The notes: a model not told the origin generated them from the letters alone. Numbered from the stretch's first letter, positions 47,944 through 58,082 are shown. The stretch is 64,000 nucleotides of DNA from an uncultured Nitrososphaerota archaeon (GCA_964618805.1 CAZUBM010000005.1:1-64000), one strand, 5' to 3'. Program-made: numbers and translations.

Positions 47944-48973
47944 ATTTGCCTCTTGTTATCTCTCTTGCAATAAAGTATAATGAAGAATCCACAAACACAA
48001 GAGAGTTTAGCTTCATATCCCTTGCTAGCTGAAGTATTTTCAAGAAGTGCCCTCTTATCCCTTTAGATCCCGCCTTAAAGGATAAAAGTGATCCAGCTCC
48101 GCAAGCTGCCCATGTAGGCATATCAATGACTCTTACGCCCTTAATTTGGGAAACAAGTTCTTCGCTCGAATAATTCAACTCATAAGAATCACAATAGCCG
48201 ATAATTCCTAATCTTATTTCCTTCTTTGATCCATTAAACCTGAGCTTTCCGCCCTCCACAGCTTCTCTTATCGCGTCAACTACATGAATTGCATTTATTT
48301 CACCTATCTTTTGAATGAAATCAAGGCATGGACGAGATAGAACTACAAGTTTTCTTATTTTAAAGGCGCTTAATTGGTTTTCACATTCTTCTAAGGCTCC
48401 CTCTGAGAGATATTTATAACCAGCAAGCCTTAAGAAGGCTCCACAGCATAACTCCTCTCTTCCAATAGTTTCTATGTCCATAAATTGCTTAAGAAGATGG
48501 AAGGCTGCTACTGCAGATTCTGGGACTTCGCTTGACAAGCAAGTGGAGAAGAAAAATGTATCTCCCTTTCCAGGCTGATAGTCTGGTGGGAGCCATTTAG
48601 CCTTTAGCTCTCTGCTTCCAAAAGCTAAGCCCTCTTCTGAGAGCTTAGTTGGCATACTAGCTACTTTTGGAGGTGGTACATATCCTTGATCGATTAAGGC
48701 TTCTCTTATCGCTAAGATCAATCTTGAAATCTGAATGCCTACAGGACATGCATCGTCGCAACGCCCGCACATCATACACTCGTATGCATATTCTATGAAA
48801 TCGACGGATATCTCTAGTTCTTCTTCAACTAATCTAGGAATTTGTAGATATGCCCTCGGTCCGAGAAATTCCTTCCTTTCTTGAGAAATAAAAATAGGAC
48901 ATGCGTGATTACAGGCTCCACACTTAATGCATAGATCGAGACTCCTCAGCAATGATTCTGGGAAAACGCTCAT
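47894..48973 (-). CDS. GlcF/HdrD-like Fe-S oxidoreductase subunit
   Basis: Two CxxCxxCxxxCP motifs; CCG domains partly degenerate. Confidence 0.85.
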   Translation of the reverse strand: MSVFPESLLRSLDLCIKCGACNHACPIFISQERKEFLGPRAYLQIPRLVEEELEISVDFIEYAYECMMCGRCDDACPVGIQISRLILAIREALIDQGYVPPPKVASMPTKLSEEGLAFGSRELKAKWLPPDYQPGKGDTFFFSTCLSSEVPESAVAAFHLLKQFMDIETIGREELCCGAFLRLAGYKYLSEGALEECENQLSAFKIRKLVVLSRPCLDFIQKIGEINAIHVVDAIREAVEGGKLRFNGSKKEIRLGIIGYCDSYELNYSSEELVSQIKGVRVIDMPTWAACGAGSLLSFKAGSKGIRGHFLKILQLARDMKLNSLVFVDSSLYFIAREITRGKSKVRIYDVPQFLSKFL

Positions 48974-50338
48974 TCACATCTCCCTCAAAGGGATCAGCTT
49001 TCCTGGGTTCATTATATTCTTCGGATCAAGGGCTCTTTTTAGCAACTCTAATAATCTCACAGCGTCAGGAGACGATTTGAAGTATTGCTCAATCATAGAG
49101 ACGCCTATCCCAGTTCCAAAGCCTATTGAACCTCCTAATTTAGAAACTCCATCTCCAACAAAAGAAACGGCCTTTTCAGCCCTTTCACTCTCTTTCTTCT
49201 CTTCGGGAACAAAGAGAAAAGTAGCAACAATCCATCCAAGAGCTGGATGAAACGTAGTTAGGGATGGTAGGTTGAGTCTCATCGATGCTTGGTCCACTCT
49301 TTGGAGAAGATCCCTCATCTTATCTCTATAAATCGAGAAGCTTATGGATAGGCCTGTCATGTGTTTCGCCTTCATGACATCATACAATACTGACACCTTT
49401 CTCCAGTATTCCTTAACATCCTCATCTTCGAGCTCTTCCATTTCTACAGGATCTAGTTCTGTAATGATTTCCCGCAATTTTGGAACCCAGGTAGATAGCC
49501 ATAAGGGATCTCCTCTTAGTTCTATTAATCCTATGAAATCTATGTAATCTGTGCTAATTTCTTCTCCTATTTCCTTAAGCGCATCTCTGTAAATGGCTTG
49601 AAAAGCAGATATCTTTATACCCCTCCTCTCTGCTTCTTGCACGATTGAAATTGCATCAGAACTATCGCTCATCTTCACATAAAAGGCATGTCTTGCTTCT
49701 GGCTTAGAAGCAAGTTTTACGGTGGCCTTTGTTATTATACCCAATGTCCCCTCTGATCCTATAATAAAATCCATTAGATGTCTTTGCTTAGAAGGAGCCT
49801 TCGTCCCAAGATGAGCTATTTTCCCATCTGGCAATACAACTTCGATTTCTAGAGCGTTGTTTCTAGCAGTACCATAAACAGTTGATAAGGGGCATGCTGA
49901 GTCTTCTGCAAGTATTCCACCGATGGTTGAAAGACCTCTTACTTCAGGATCTATAGGAAAGAAAATGTTCTCTTCGAGAGCATTATTAAGCTCAGATACC
50001 GTTACTCCAGCCTCTACAGTTGCTAACAAGTTATCTTCGTCTATCTCAATAATGTTGTTCATTTTTAGTAAATCGACAACTATTCCTCCTTTGATTGGAA
50101 CAGAGCCTCCAACTATCGAGGTCCCGGAACCGCGCGGCGTTATAGGAGTTCCTGTTTCATTGGCAATTTTCATTATCTCAACAATTTCTTCGCTATTAGA
50201 TGGTCTTACAACTACATCTGGGTATCCTCTAATGTTAGAGGCATCGTAGGAATATGATGCTAACTCTATTTCTCCCGTAAGTACATTTTCAGCGCCTACA
50301 ATGCCAGAAAGTAGTTCAATAAGCTCTCCCTCTTTCAT
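48974..50338 (-). CDS. GlcD-like FAD-linked oxidoreductase
   Basis: PRGSGTS, STIGG, GSEGTLG, DPKNIMNPGK; lacks HAGDGNxH and GEHG. Confidence 0.88.
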   Translation of the reverse strand: MKEGELIELLSGIVGAENVLTGEIELASYSYDASNIRGYPDVVVRPSNSEEIVEIMKIANETGTPITPRGSGTSIVGGSVPIKGGIVVDLLKMNNIIEIDEDNLLATVEAGVTVSELNNALEENIFFPIDPEVRGLSTIGGILAEDSACPLSTVYGTARNNALEIEVVLPDGKIAHLGTKAPSKQRHLMDFIIGSEGTLGIITKATVKLASKPEARHAFYVKMSDSSDAISIVQEAERRGIKISAFQAIYRDALKEIGEEISTDYIDFIGLIELRGDPLWLSTWVPKLREIITELDPVEMEELEDEDVKEYWRKVSVLYDVMKAKHMTGLSISFSIYRDKMRDLLQRVDQASMRLNLPSLTTFHPALGWIVATFLFVPEEKKESERAEKAVSFVGDGVSKLGGSIGFGTGIGVSMIEQYFKSSPDAVRLLELLKRALDPKNIMNPGKLIPLREM

Positions 50339-50499
50339 ATTTAGTCACACATGCTTCCTATTGATGGCATAGAATTTTAACATTTTATACCAACTGCAGG
50401 GAAGGTACTTGAGATCTTCAAATTCGCTTCTCCAAAGCCTTCCAAAAGAAGAGATAAGGAATGAAATAAGAGATATGGCCCTTCTGCTTGCTAAGGAGC

Positions 50500-50610
50500 T
50501 TAGTCATGCATCAAAGAAAGAGCTGAGGAACTGATCACTTCCCTTCCCTCTTTTTTATGTGCCTTCCTCTCAAGTTCCTCAATAAGCTCGTCAGGAAGCG
50601 CACATGCCAT
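50500..50610 (-). pseudogene. possible ribbon-helix-helix/CopG-like fragment
   Basis: MACALPDELIEELERKAHKKEG... resembles the first RHH helix. Confidence 0.3.
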
Positions 50611-50670
50611 TTTGCTCTGCTGTGTGAATGTATTTAGTTATTCTTTAATTTTCACAATTAGTTATGAAAA

Positions 50671-51658
50671 ATGATGATAAAAGTAAAAGGTCTCGTCAAG
50701 ACGTTCGAGAAAGGAAGAAAGAAAATCTATGCGCTTAAAGGTGTCTCTTTTACTGTGGAGAGAGGAGAGATATTCGGCTATCTGGGGCCGAACGGTGCTG
50801 GCAAGACGACCACGATCAAGATACTGACAACGATCTGGAAGCAAGACGCGGGGGATGCGTGGGTGGCTGGATACGACGTCAAGAGCATGCCGGGGAAGGT
50901 GAGAGATAGGATAGGATGGCTTGATGGAATGAACATAGAGCTAATGTGGATGACCCACGCGCCTGTAAAGTATAACATTTTATACTTCGCAAGCCTCAAC
51001 GGCGTACCCTCGAGCCTTGCGTTGGATAGGGCAAGAGAGCTTATGGAGCTTCTAGATCTGGATACCGGCCTGGATATGCCCATATACAAGTACTCTTTTG
51101 GAATGAAGGCCAAACTTGCCCTAGTCGTGACGCTCCTTCATAATCCTGAGGTTCTCTTCTTGGACGAGCCGACCATAGGTCTCGATGTACCTACACGATT
51201 GAAATTCTATGATATACTAGAGGAACTTAGAGATGATGGGAAGACTATCTTTCTAAGCAGCCACATGCTCCACGAAGTGGAGAAGGTTTGCGACAGGGGC
51301 AGCGATCATAAACCATGGCGAGATCATTGCTCTGGACAAAGTTGGCGAACTCAAACTCCTGTCTCTAATTGACGTGTTAAAAGTGAAGCTCAGGGTTTCA
51401 GGCGATGAGGATGTAATCAGGGGGGTTTTAAGGAAAATTCCCAGGCTTAAGGTATCTAGCTTCACGAAGGCTGGTGAACGCGAGTACTTAGTCAATTTTA
51501 GGATTCTAAGGGAAAATTCAGATCTAATCGCAACTGCTAATGAGCTTCTAGTTAAGGAAGGCGTTAAGGTTCTTAGAATAGAAGAACAAATGCCGAGCTT
51601 GGAGGAGGCGTTTATCAGCTTGATTGGGGATGAGAATGCAAAGGCTACTTCCCAGTAG
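50671..51658 (+). pseudogene. ABC-2 exporter ATPase (DrrA-like), +1 frameshift in GGGG at 51296-51299
   Basis: GPNGAGKTT, YSFGM, LDEPT, SSH. Removing one G gives CDRAAIINHGEIIA..., continuous with ORF 51374..51658. Confidence 0.88.
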
Positions 51659-52493
51659 TCTGACTGGGGTGAAGGATATTGTAGCTGGCGCAGTTCTAGT
51701 GATTAGGATGTCCAAAATCAACCTTCAAATCTCTCTATACTACCTGAAAAAATCGCTTGTAAACATAGCAGTTACCATACTAAGGATCATCATGCGCCTG
51801 CTCCCCTTCTCCATCTTAGGAAGGCTGCTGGCAATATCTTATCCAGGTTCTTTACTCCTCGAATTTGTTACCATCGGGTTGGCCTTTAGCGCTACGTTGG
51901 ATGATTCTTTAACGTCTCCTCTCAGATCTTGGAGGCAAAAAGGTATACTAGAGAACCACATGGTCTCAAAACTTGGAATTAGAGGCGCCTTGTTATCTTA
52001 TCTCGTCTTTTCATGCTTAAAAGGAGAGTTTATTTTTGCAGCGATACTGACTATAGGCGGATTGATAAATATCGAGCTGTTCCCATCAGGAAAAACCCTC
52101 TTTTCCCTCTTACTCCTCGTTCCATCCATAACTGTCACAGGATTCGGTATAGTGCTCATGTCTATGGGTTATCACCTGAAAACCCAGAAGATAGTTCCTG
52201 TTCCTCTCTACCTTAGATTTGTAACATGGATCTTCGGTGAGGTCTTCTTCCCTCTAGAGAAAATTTCTCCTGCTCTAAGTAGTTTCGGCCAGTTTGTTCC
52301 AACGATCTTCTTGGTCAGAACCCTGAGAGAGGTCTACACAGGAACACTTATTTCCAGTGAGATACTGCTTAGGATCACGCAGACTTACATGCTGGGTCTG
52401 CTGTTCCTCACTATAGGTTTTTTAGCGGTGAGTAAGGGTCTAGAGGAAGCCAGAACCCAAGGAACCACAACAAGAATATTCTTGGGTGTTTAA
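51624..52493 (+). CDS. ABC-2 permease
   Basis: Six-TM layout, GEVFFPLEKIS, PT...RTLR. Confidence 0.82.
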   Translation: MGMRMQRLLPSSLTGVKDIVAGAVLVIRMSKINLQISLYYLKKSLVNIAVTILRIIMRLLPFSILGRLLAISYPGSLLLEFVTIGLAFSATLDDSLTSPLRSWRQKGILENHMVSKLGIRGALLSYLVFSCLKGEFIFAAILTIGGLINIELFPSGKTLFSLLLLVPSITVTGFGIVLMSMGYHLKTQKIVPVPLYLRFVTWIFGEVFFPLEKISPALSSFGQFVPTIFLVRTLREVYTGTLISSEILLRITQTYMLGLLFLTIGFLAVSKGLEEARTQGTTTRIFLGV

Positions 52494-53349
52494 AGTGGAG
52501 ATATCTCAACATAGAATTGTTGCAAAGGTCTCCCTATTTAGGGGAATACTTGAATGGCTAATTTGGAGAAGAAAACTGAGCCTTTACTATCAAAAATACA
52601 TTGTACACCACAACATAACCTTTTTCTTGCTGTTCTTAGCGAATTTGCTTCCTTTCTTCGTTTGGAGTAAGGGAACTAATGTAAGATACGATGGATACAA
52701 CGTCTTTCATTATGTGGCGCTGGGGATAATTTACTTGTTCTCGGCGGATTACGCTTTGGAGTTTGCGGGTAGGCTCAGGAAGCTGAAGGAGGAAGGAGAG
52801 CTAGAAATAGTGATTTCTTCAAGGATGGGAGTTCCGAGATTCCTCCTGTATAGCATGGTCGATACGTGCATACAATCTACGATATTCATAATCATCGTCC
52901 TTGTAATCAGTAGCCTTCTTGATCGCTCACTGCTCGCTTCCGTCACACTTAATTCCATCCTCTTCTCTACCATCATCCTCTTGCTGGCAAGCATGAGTTG
53001 GTTTGGAATCGGCCTGATGCTGGATGCTCCTTTCTTTGTCTGGGAGTACAGAGGAAGGCCTGCAACTATCCTACTCTTGCTTACCGGAGTTTTCGGCGAG
53101 ATCTATTTCCCTCTCGAAAATTTATCACCTCGACTTGAGAGAATAGGAGAATTCATCCCATCAATCACGTTTGTGAGATACTTTAGGCAGGCTTTCTTCA
53201 ATAATAGGGCAGGAAGTTCTTGCTATATCTTCCTAATAACCATATCAGGATGTCTGACAATTTCTATTCTGCTTATCGGTTTTTCAGCGGTATTCAAGGC
53301 TATCAGACTTGCTAAGGAGAAGGGTAAGACTGGAAGATCTGTTTTTTAA
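52486..53349 (+). CDS. ABC-2 permease
   Basis: EEGELE, GEIYFPLENLS; paralog of the preceding gene. Confidence 0.82.
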   Translation: MFKVEISQHRIVAKVSLFRGILEWLIWRRKLSLYYQKYIVHHNITFFLLFLANLLPFFVWSKGTNVRYDGYNVFHYVALGIIYLFSADYALEFAGRLRKLKEEGELEIVISSRMGVPRFLLYSMVDTCIQSTIFIIIVLVISSLLDRSLLASVTLNSILFSTIILLLASMSWFGIGLMLDAPFFVWEYRGRPATILLLLTGVFGEIYFPLENLSPRLERIGEFIPSITFVRYFRQAFFNNRAGSSCYIFLITISGCLTISILLIGFSAVFKAIRLAKEKGKTGRSVF

Positions 53350-53547
53350 TGGCAAGCTTTAGCCAAGTTCATAGTCAGGAGCGTACTACAAGCGGATAAT
53401 CTAGGCTTTTAAAGACAAAGCAGTATGCTCTGTTGGCGGCATGCTCCGTTGACTGAAATCGCCACGATCTGCCCCGACTTATAAGCCAGGATCTCAGCGC
53501 GCGTGCTTCAACTCTGTACGCTTCACGCTCGCTCTATAACTGGTTTC

Positions 53548-54179
53548 TTACTCGATGCGCGTTATCGTTCTAGAAAAGATCAAAAACCCTTCCCTCCATT
53601 CCTCAAGGTCGTGCCAGATCCGGAGGATCCATGCCTCCCTCCTCAGCGCGGATCCTCAGAGTCCCTTCTCCTTGATTCCCAGACTCCTCGACCTTCTCAG
53701 GCTGGAGGAACTCGGGGAGAAGGGCTTTTATGTCGTCCGTGGAGCGGTAGGTGACCTCAGCCCCCGCACCCTGGGCACTTCGCGGGGAGGCAGCCCCCTA
53801 GACCGAGGGGTGCGAGGTACTCTGCCTTGGTAGAGCAGAAGGGGCACTCGACCTCGTACCCCCTGTACTCATCGTGGATCCTGGCACCACGGCCCGGGAT
53901 AGCCCTTACCTCGGAAGCAAAGGGGCCTAGGGACTTGAGGAGCCTTTCCAGAACATCGTCTGGCCCTTTGAGGAGCTCACCCTTGGCTTCGACCTCTGAC
54001 GGTAGCGCGAGCACTACAAAGGCTGGGGACTTCTCCCATCCCTCCCTAGCTAGCGCTTTCAGTATCTCTGGCCTGGCCCTTATCCATAGGATCTTCCCTC
54101 TCCTCTTTATCGGGGAAGTGGTGAGGTAGTTCACCCACCTCTTCCCTGATCTCCTCGTCCACACGGAGGTCAGCTTCAA
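53548..54179 (-). pseudogene. zinc-ribbon protein, +1 frameshift in a G5 run (C5 at 53761-53765)
   Basis: CPFC...CPGC; removing one G gives CPGCGAEVTYRSTDDIK...RIE*; GC-rich. Confidence 0.7.
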
Positions 54180-54249
54180 CCTTTGGCCCCCTCCCTTCCC
54201 TTCTTCCCCTCCTTACCTTTGTCGTCTGCGATCTGCAGGAAGAGGAGCC

Positions 54250-54774
54250 CTTCTAAGAGTTCTTAGGAAAGCAGGTTTTCATAAAGGCAAGAGGAAAAGA
54301 CATGATCTCAGGATTCATTCTCTAAGGAAATTCTTCAGAACCTAACTGGCTGCTTTGGGAATTCCCTCTGATTACATTGAATACATGATGGGCCATAAAC
54401 TAAGCACATACCATGACGTTCAGATGAAGGGGGTTGAATTTCTAAGGAATGTTTACGCCTCGGCAAATCTTAAGATATTCCCGAAAGCAAGAACGAAAGA
54501 GGAAGTCTACGAGGATCTATTAAAGAGATGGTTTAGAATGGCCAAAGAGGAAGGTATAAGCATCACCCCGTCGATGATCGAGAGAATAATTAGGGAGCTA
54601 GAGGGCTCTGAGAAGATTATGCCTGGTGCCACCTTCATAACAGAGGAAGAGGAATCTGAGATATACGCAAGGACCCTATGGGAAATGCTGCGTGCAGATA
54701 TCCTATCCAGATTAGTCTCAACACCAGAAAAAGGTATAAACATTAAGTCACATCAACAGCATAGATGCCTCTAG
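54250..54774 (+). pseudogene. tyrosine recombinase/integrase C-terminal remnant
   Basis: LRKAG...HSLRKFFRT*LAALG...YMMGH...Y; TAA at 54343-54345; N-terminal part missing. Confidence 0.88.
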
Positions 54775-55868
54775 AAACTCCGCTAAAGGAAATTCAGGCT
54801 AGATTGGGTGCCAAGTTTATAGAATTTGCTGGTTGGAGCTTGCCGATATACTATATTTCACCTCTTAAAGAAACGTTGGCTGTACGTCAGCGCTGCGGCG
54901 TTTTTGATGTATCCCATATGGGAAGGTTTTGGGTAGAGGGAAGGGATGCCGTAAAACTTTTACAGAAAGCAACAACGAATAATATGGACGTAAGACCAGG
55001 AAGAGCTAGATACACGCTCTTTCTTAATGAAAAGGGCGGTATTAAGGATGATGAGGTAATATTAAGACTCGGTGAAGATGTCTTCCTAGAAGTCACTAAC
55101 GCGGCAACAAGGAAAAAGATATTCGAGTGGCTTAATTACCTAATAAGTAAGTGGGGTTTCGATGTAAACGTGAAGGACATAACATTTAAGACCGTAATGT
55201 TGGCTGTGCAAGGGCCGAACGCTAAGGAAATTATTGAGCCATATGTCGAAGGAGGCTTGGATCTCAAGAGGTATAGGGGTAAGAAGGTTATTGCGTTTGA
55301 TTCCGAGGCCTCGATCTCCAGAACTGGTTATACTGGAGAAGATGGGTATGAGATAATTTTTTGGGATACTGACAAGGCTAAGAAGGCCTTTGAAATTCTA
55401 GTTCGAAAGGAAGGGGTCCAACCGTGTGGACTAGGAGCCAGAGACATACTAAGACTAGAAGCTGGCATGTGTCTCTATGGTAATGATATAGACGAGAACA
55501 TAACTCCCATGGAAGCTCGTTTAGAGTTCGCCGTTGCTATGGAAAAAGACGAATTCATCGGAAAAGAAATTGTTCTAGCCCAAAAAGAAAAAGGAGTCGA
55601 AATTATAAGAGTTGGACTCCTTAGTCTGTCTAGAAGGGCTCCTAGGAAGGGAGACTCTGTTATTTGGGAGAGTAAAGTAGTTGGACGCGTCACTAGCGGG
55701 ACATTTAGTCCAATAGTTGAGAGAGGAATAGCTATGGCTTACGTTCCTACTGAGCTCTCTGAGCCAGGTACGCAGCTAATTGTGAAAAACAAGGGAGAGA
55801 TTAAAGTAGAGACGGTTGAAATGCCCTTCTATGATACTACTAAGTATGGAATACGAAGAAAAAGGTGA
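54765..55868 (+). CDS. gcvT: glycine cleavage system T protein
   Basis: FDVSHMG, AVQGP, RTGYTGEDGYE, GLGARD.LRLEAG. Confidence 0.96.
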   Translation: MPLETPLKEIQARLGAKFIEFAGWSLPIYYISPLKETLAVRQRCGVFDVSHMGRFWVEGRDAVKLLQKATTNNMDVRPGRARYTLFLNEKGGIKDDEVILRLGEDVFLEVTNAATRKKIFEWLNYLISKWGFDVNVKDITFKTVMLAVQGPNAKEIIEPYVEGGLDLKRYRGKKVIAFDSEASISRTGYTGEDGYEIIFWDTDKAKKAFEILVRKEGVQPCGLGARDILRLEAGMCLYGNDIDENITPMEARLEFAVAMEKDEFIGKEIVLAQKEKGVEIIRVGLLSLSRRAPRKGDSVIWESKVVGRVTSGTFSPIVERGIAMAYVPTELSEPGTQLIVKNKGEIKVETVEMPFYDTTKYGIRRKR

Positions 55869-55892
55869 AGAGCTAAAATTAACTTTTTTCAT

Positions 55893-56231
55893 TTACTTTT
55901 CTTTCATCTTTCCTAGGGTAACAAAAGCTACTGTCTTAGCTAGCCTCCTAACCTCTATAATTTTGACAATATCTCCCTCCTTCACTGATATGCATGGTGG
56001 AATGTGAGCATGAATCTTTCTTCTTCTCCTTTCATATCGCTTGTATTTTGGAACATATCGCAGCCAAGATATTTCAACGCTGATAGTTCCAGTCATTTTA
56101 GTAGAAACAACACGGCCAATTAACGTTCTCTTTCTAAGTGAGATGTTTCCATGCCACGGACATTTATCGTCATCACATTCGACTGATGGCATTTCTACGT
56201 CCTCAATTAAGTAGTCTGGAAGTTTTCTCAT
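55893..56231 (-). CDS. rps17: 30S ribosomal protein S17 (uS17)
   Basis: CDDDKCPWHG, PKYKRYE, HAHIPPC. Confidence 0.95.
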   Translation of the reverse strand: MRKLPDYLIEDVEMPSVECDDDKCPWHGNISLRKRTLIGRVVSTKMTGTISVEISWLRYVPKYKRYERRRRKIHAHIPPCISVKEGDIVKIIEVRRLAKTVAFVTLGKMKEK

Positions 56232-56488
56232 AATTTCTTCACCCTTTCCTCGGGTCTCCCTAAAATATCTTCGCCGTTAAGTTCAATAACTTTCCTTCCA
56301 AGGGTAAACTCGAACACTCTATACTTTTTAGGTATCCTTCTAATTCCCTTCTCCGTTCTTATGACGAGAATATTCGCAGTTTCATCTATTATTTCACCAG
56401 AGATTCCGATTTGAGTTGGATCAGGGGAAAAAATCACTTTTGTCTTAAGACCTATCAGCTCATGATATGGGAGATCGGATCTTTTCAA
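56228..56488 (-). CDS. rnp1: RNase P protein Rpp29/Pop4
   Basis: HELIGL, G.IIDET.N, IPK, RPEER. Confidence 0.93.
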   Translation of the reverse strand: MKRSDLPYHELIGLKTKVIFSPDPTQIGISGEIIDETANILVIRTEKGIRRIPKKYRVFEFTLGRKVIELNGEDILGRPEERVKKL

Positions 56489-56501
56489 TCGGCACGCCCT
56501 C

Positions 56502-56702
56502 TCAAAAGAAGCCCTTTTCTCTCATTATAGTAAGAACTCTAGCTATCTCTCTTTTTATCTCTTTCCTCATATGAGTTTTTTCTAAAGTTCCAAGTGCAGA
56601 CTTTGTATTAAGTGAAAATAGCTGCTCTCTTAGCTCTTTAAGTCTAGTTTCAAGCTCCTCCTTGCTCAGATTCCTCAGTTCCTCCGCTTTCATCTTCGGC
56701 AT
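56502..56702 (-). CDS. rpl29: 50S ribosomal protein L29
   Basis: ELR..S.EEL, REIARVLT. Confidence 0.95.
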   Translation of the reverse strand: MPKMKAEELRNLSKEELETRLKELREQLFSLNTKSALGTLEKTHMRKEIKREIARVLTIMREKGFF

Positions 56703-57420
56703 TTTCCTCTACCTCCCCAGAAATCTCCTCTTCGACCTTAACCTTTTCAGAAACTTCTTCCTCTTCCATTTTTTCCTCTACTGGGGATATCTCGGCTAGG
56801 ATTTTCTCTATCTCTTCCTCTCTGATGTGAGGTTTACCAGGTAACTTCATTCCTGGCTTTGCAATCCTTACCCTTATACCCATTGAGCCTTGTGGTAATA
56901 ATATATTTCTTACAGCATACTCTACATGCTCTAGATAGTCTCCACCACAGCGATAGATGACTCCTGCTCTAAACCTGTCTTCTCTAGCTCTTTTTCCAAA
57001 CTTTCCGGAGATCCTTATCTCCACTCCCTCAGCTCCAGCCATCATAACTCTTCGAAGTGCTGCAAAGGCCACCCTTCTATGCCTTTCTCCTTTCAATATC
57101 CTTCTAGCTATGTAATTAGCGACTATCTGCGCGCTTAGAAACGGTTCTTCTACCTTCTCTATCCTAAGATACGGGTTTTTGAACCCAAATTCTCTCCTCA
57201 TAGTCTCGGTTATCTCTTTAATCCTCTTGCCGCCCTTTCCAATTGCAATACCTGGGCGATCAGCATATATTGTTACAACTTCTCTTATCGGCGTTTTAAC
57301 CACATCTACTTTATGGAATCCAGCTGTTCTGAGAGCAGATTCAAAGAATTCTTGAAGTCTTGCTTTGAGCCATCCTTCCTCAACAATTCGTTTATAAATA
57401 GGCTTTGCTCGCCCGCTCAT
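56650..57420 (-). CDS. rps3: 30S ribosomal protein S3
   Basis: RPGIAIGKGG KH domain, GAEGVEIRISGK; acidic tail. Confidence 0.96.
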   Translation of the reverse strand: MSGRAKPIYKRIVEEGWLKARLQEFFESALRTAGFHKVDVVKTPIREVVTIYADRPGIAIGKGGKRIKEITETMRREFGFKNPYLRIEKVEEPFLSAQIVANYIARRILKGERHRRVAFAALRRVMMAGAEGVEIRISGKFGKRAREDRFRAGVIYRCGGDYLEHVEYAVRNILLPQGSMGIRVRIAKPGMKLPGKPHIREEEIEKILAEISPVEEKMEEEEVSEKVKVEEEISGEVEENAEDESGGTEESEQGGA

Positions 57421-57890
57421 TTTCTCTCCTCCACTACGATCTCTACATGAACGAGTTGTTCTATCTTCGGAGTTGCACGCCCAAATGCCCTTGGAAAGAA
57501 CCTTCTCAACTTTGGACCTTTATGAGCGGCTGCATGTTTTATATATAGATATTCTGCTTCTAATCCCTTATTTGTTGCGTTGTATTCCACATTTTTTAGA
57601 ATTTTAAGTACTATCTTGGCCGCTTTAACAGGATACCTTCCTATTTTCCACCCTTGAAGCTGTTTTCTGTGGCCAACGCCTTTCACATATCTTTTGAATG
57701 GTATCGGTCTCTTTAGAGAGATCACGTCTTCTAGAAGCTGTTTCGCCTTATCTAACTTTAATCCCCTAATAGCAGCTAGAAGCTCAACTATCTCCTTGTA
57801 AGAGACTCTAAGATCTCTCCCTGATGCTCGTGCTTCGTTGTCTTTAAGTTCTTGATATGAATATCCAAATGATGGCAATGTGCATCCCAT
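57417..57890 (-). CDS. rpl22: 50S ribosomal protein L22
   Basis: GRYPVKAA, PRAFGRA, HVEIVV. Confidence 0.96.
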   Translation of the reverse strand: MGCTLPSFGYSYQELKDNEARASGRDLRVSYKEIVELLAAIRGLKLDKAKQLLEDVISLKRPIPFKRYVKGVGHRKQLQGWKIGRYPVKAAKIVLKILKNVEYNATNKGLEAEYLYIKHAAAHKGPKLRRFFPRAFGRATPKIEQLVHVEIVVEERK

Positions 57891-58082
57891 AATCCCGAAT
57901 ATGGTTCGCTGGACAACTCTTGGCCTTTGTATTTAAAAGTTAAACCTTTTTCAGAGTTCCATTTTGATTAGAGATCTACCTATTTCAGAGCGCCCTACGA
58001 ATGACTTTGGCAAATATCCTAGTTTCTTTTCGTATCTATATATTCAAATCCGCACTAGTAGCTCTAAGTAGGCTAAATATAA

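Larger units (their letters stand above)
50390..54750. mobile_element. decayed integrated element/island (approximate limits)
   Basis: Integrase remnant, two frameshifted genes, gene fragments, GC-rich segment; lies between divergent core genes. No att sites found. Confidence 0.6.

Noticed and set aside
53503-54129. Plus-strand ORFs in the GC-rich segment
   Set aside because: Better explained as shadows of the frameshifted minus-strand zinc-ribbon gene.
50341-54764. att direct repeats at island ends (agtcaca, gcataga, ggtataaa)
   Set aside because: Matches are 7-8 nt with inconsistent spacing and overlap probable promoter elements.
58043-58053. TTCAAATCC as a tRNA T-loop
   Set aside because: No cloverleaf stems around it; no tRNA gene found in the window.
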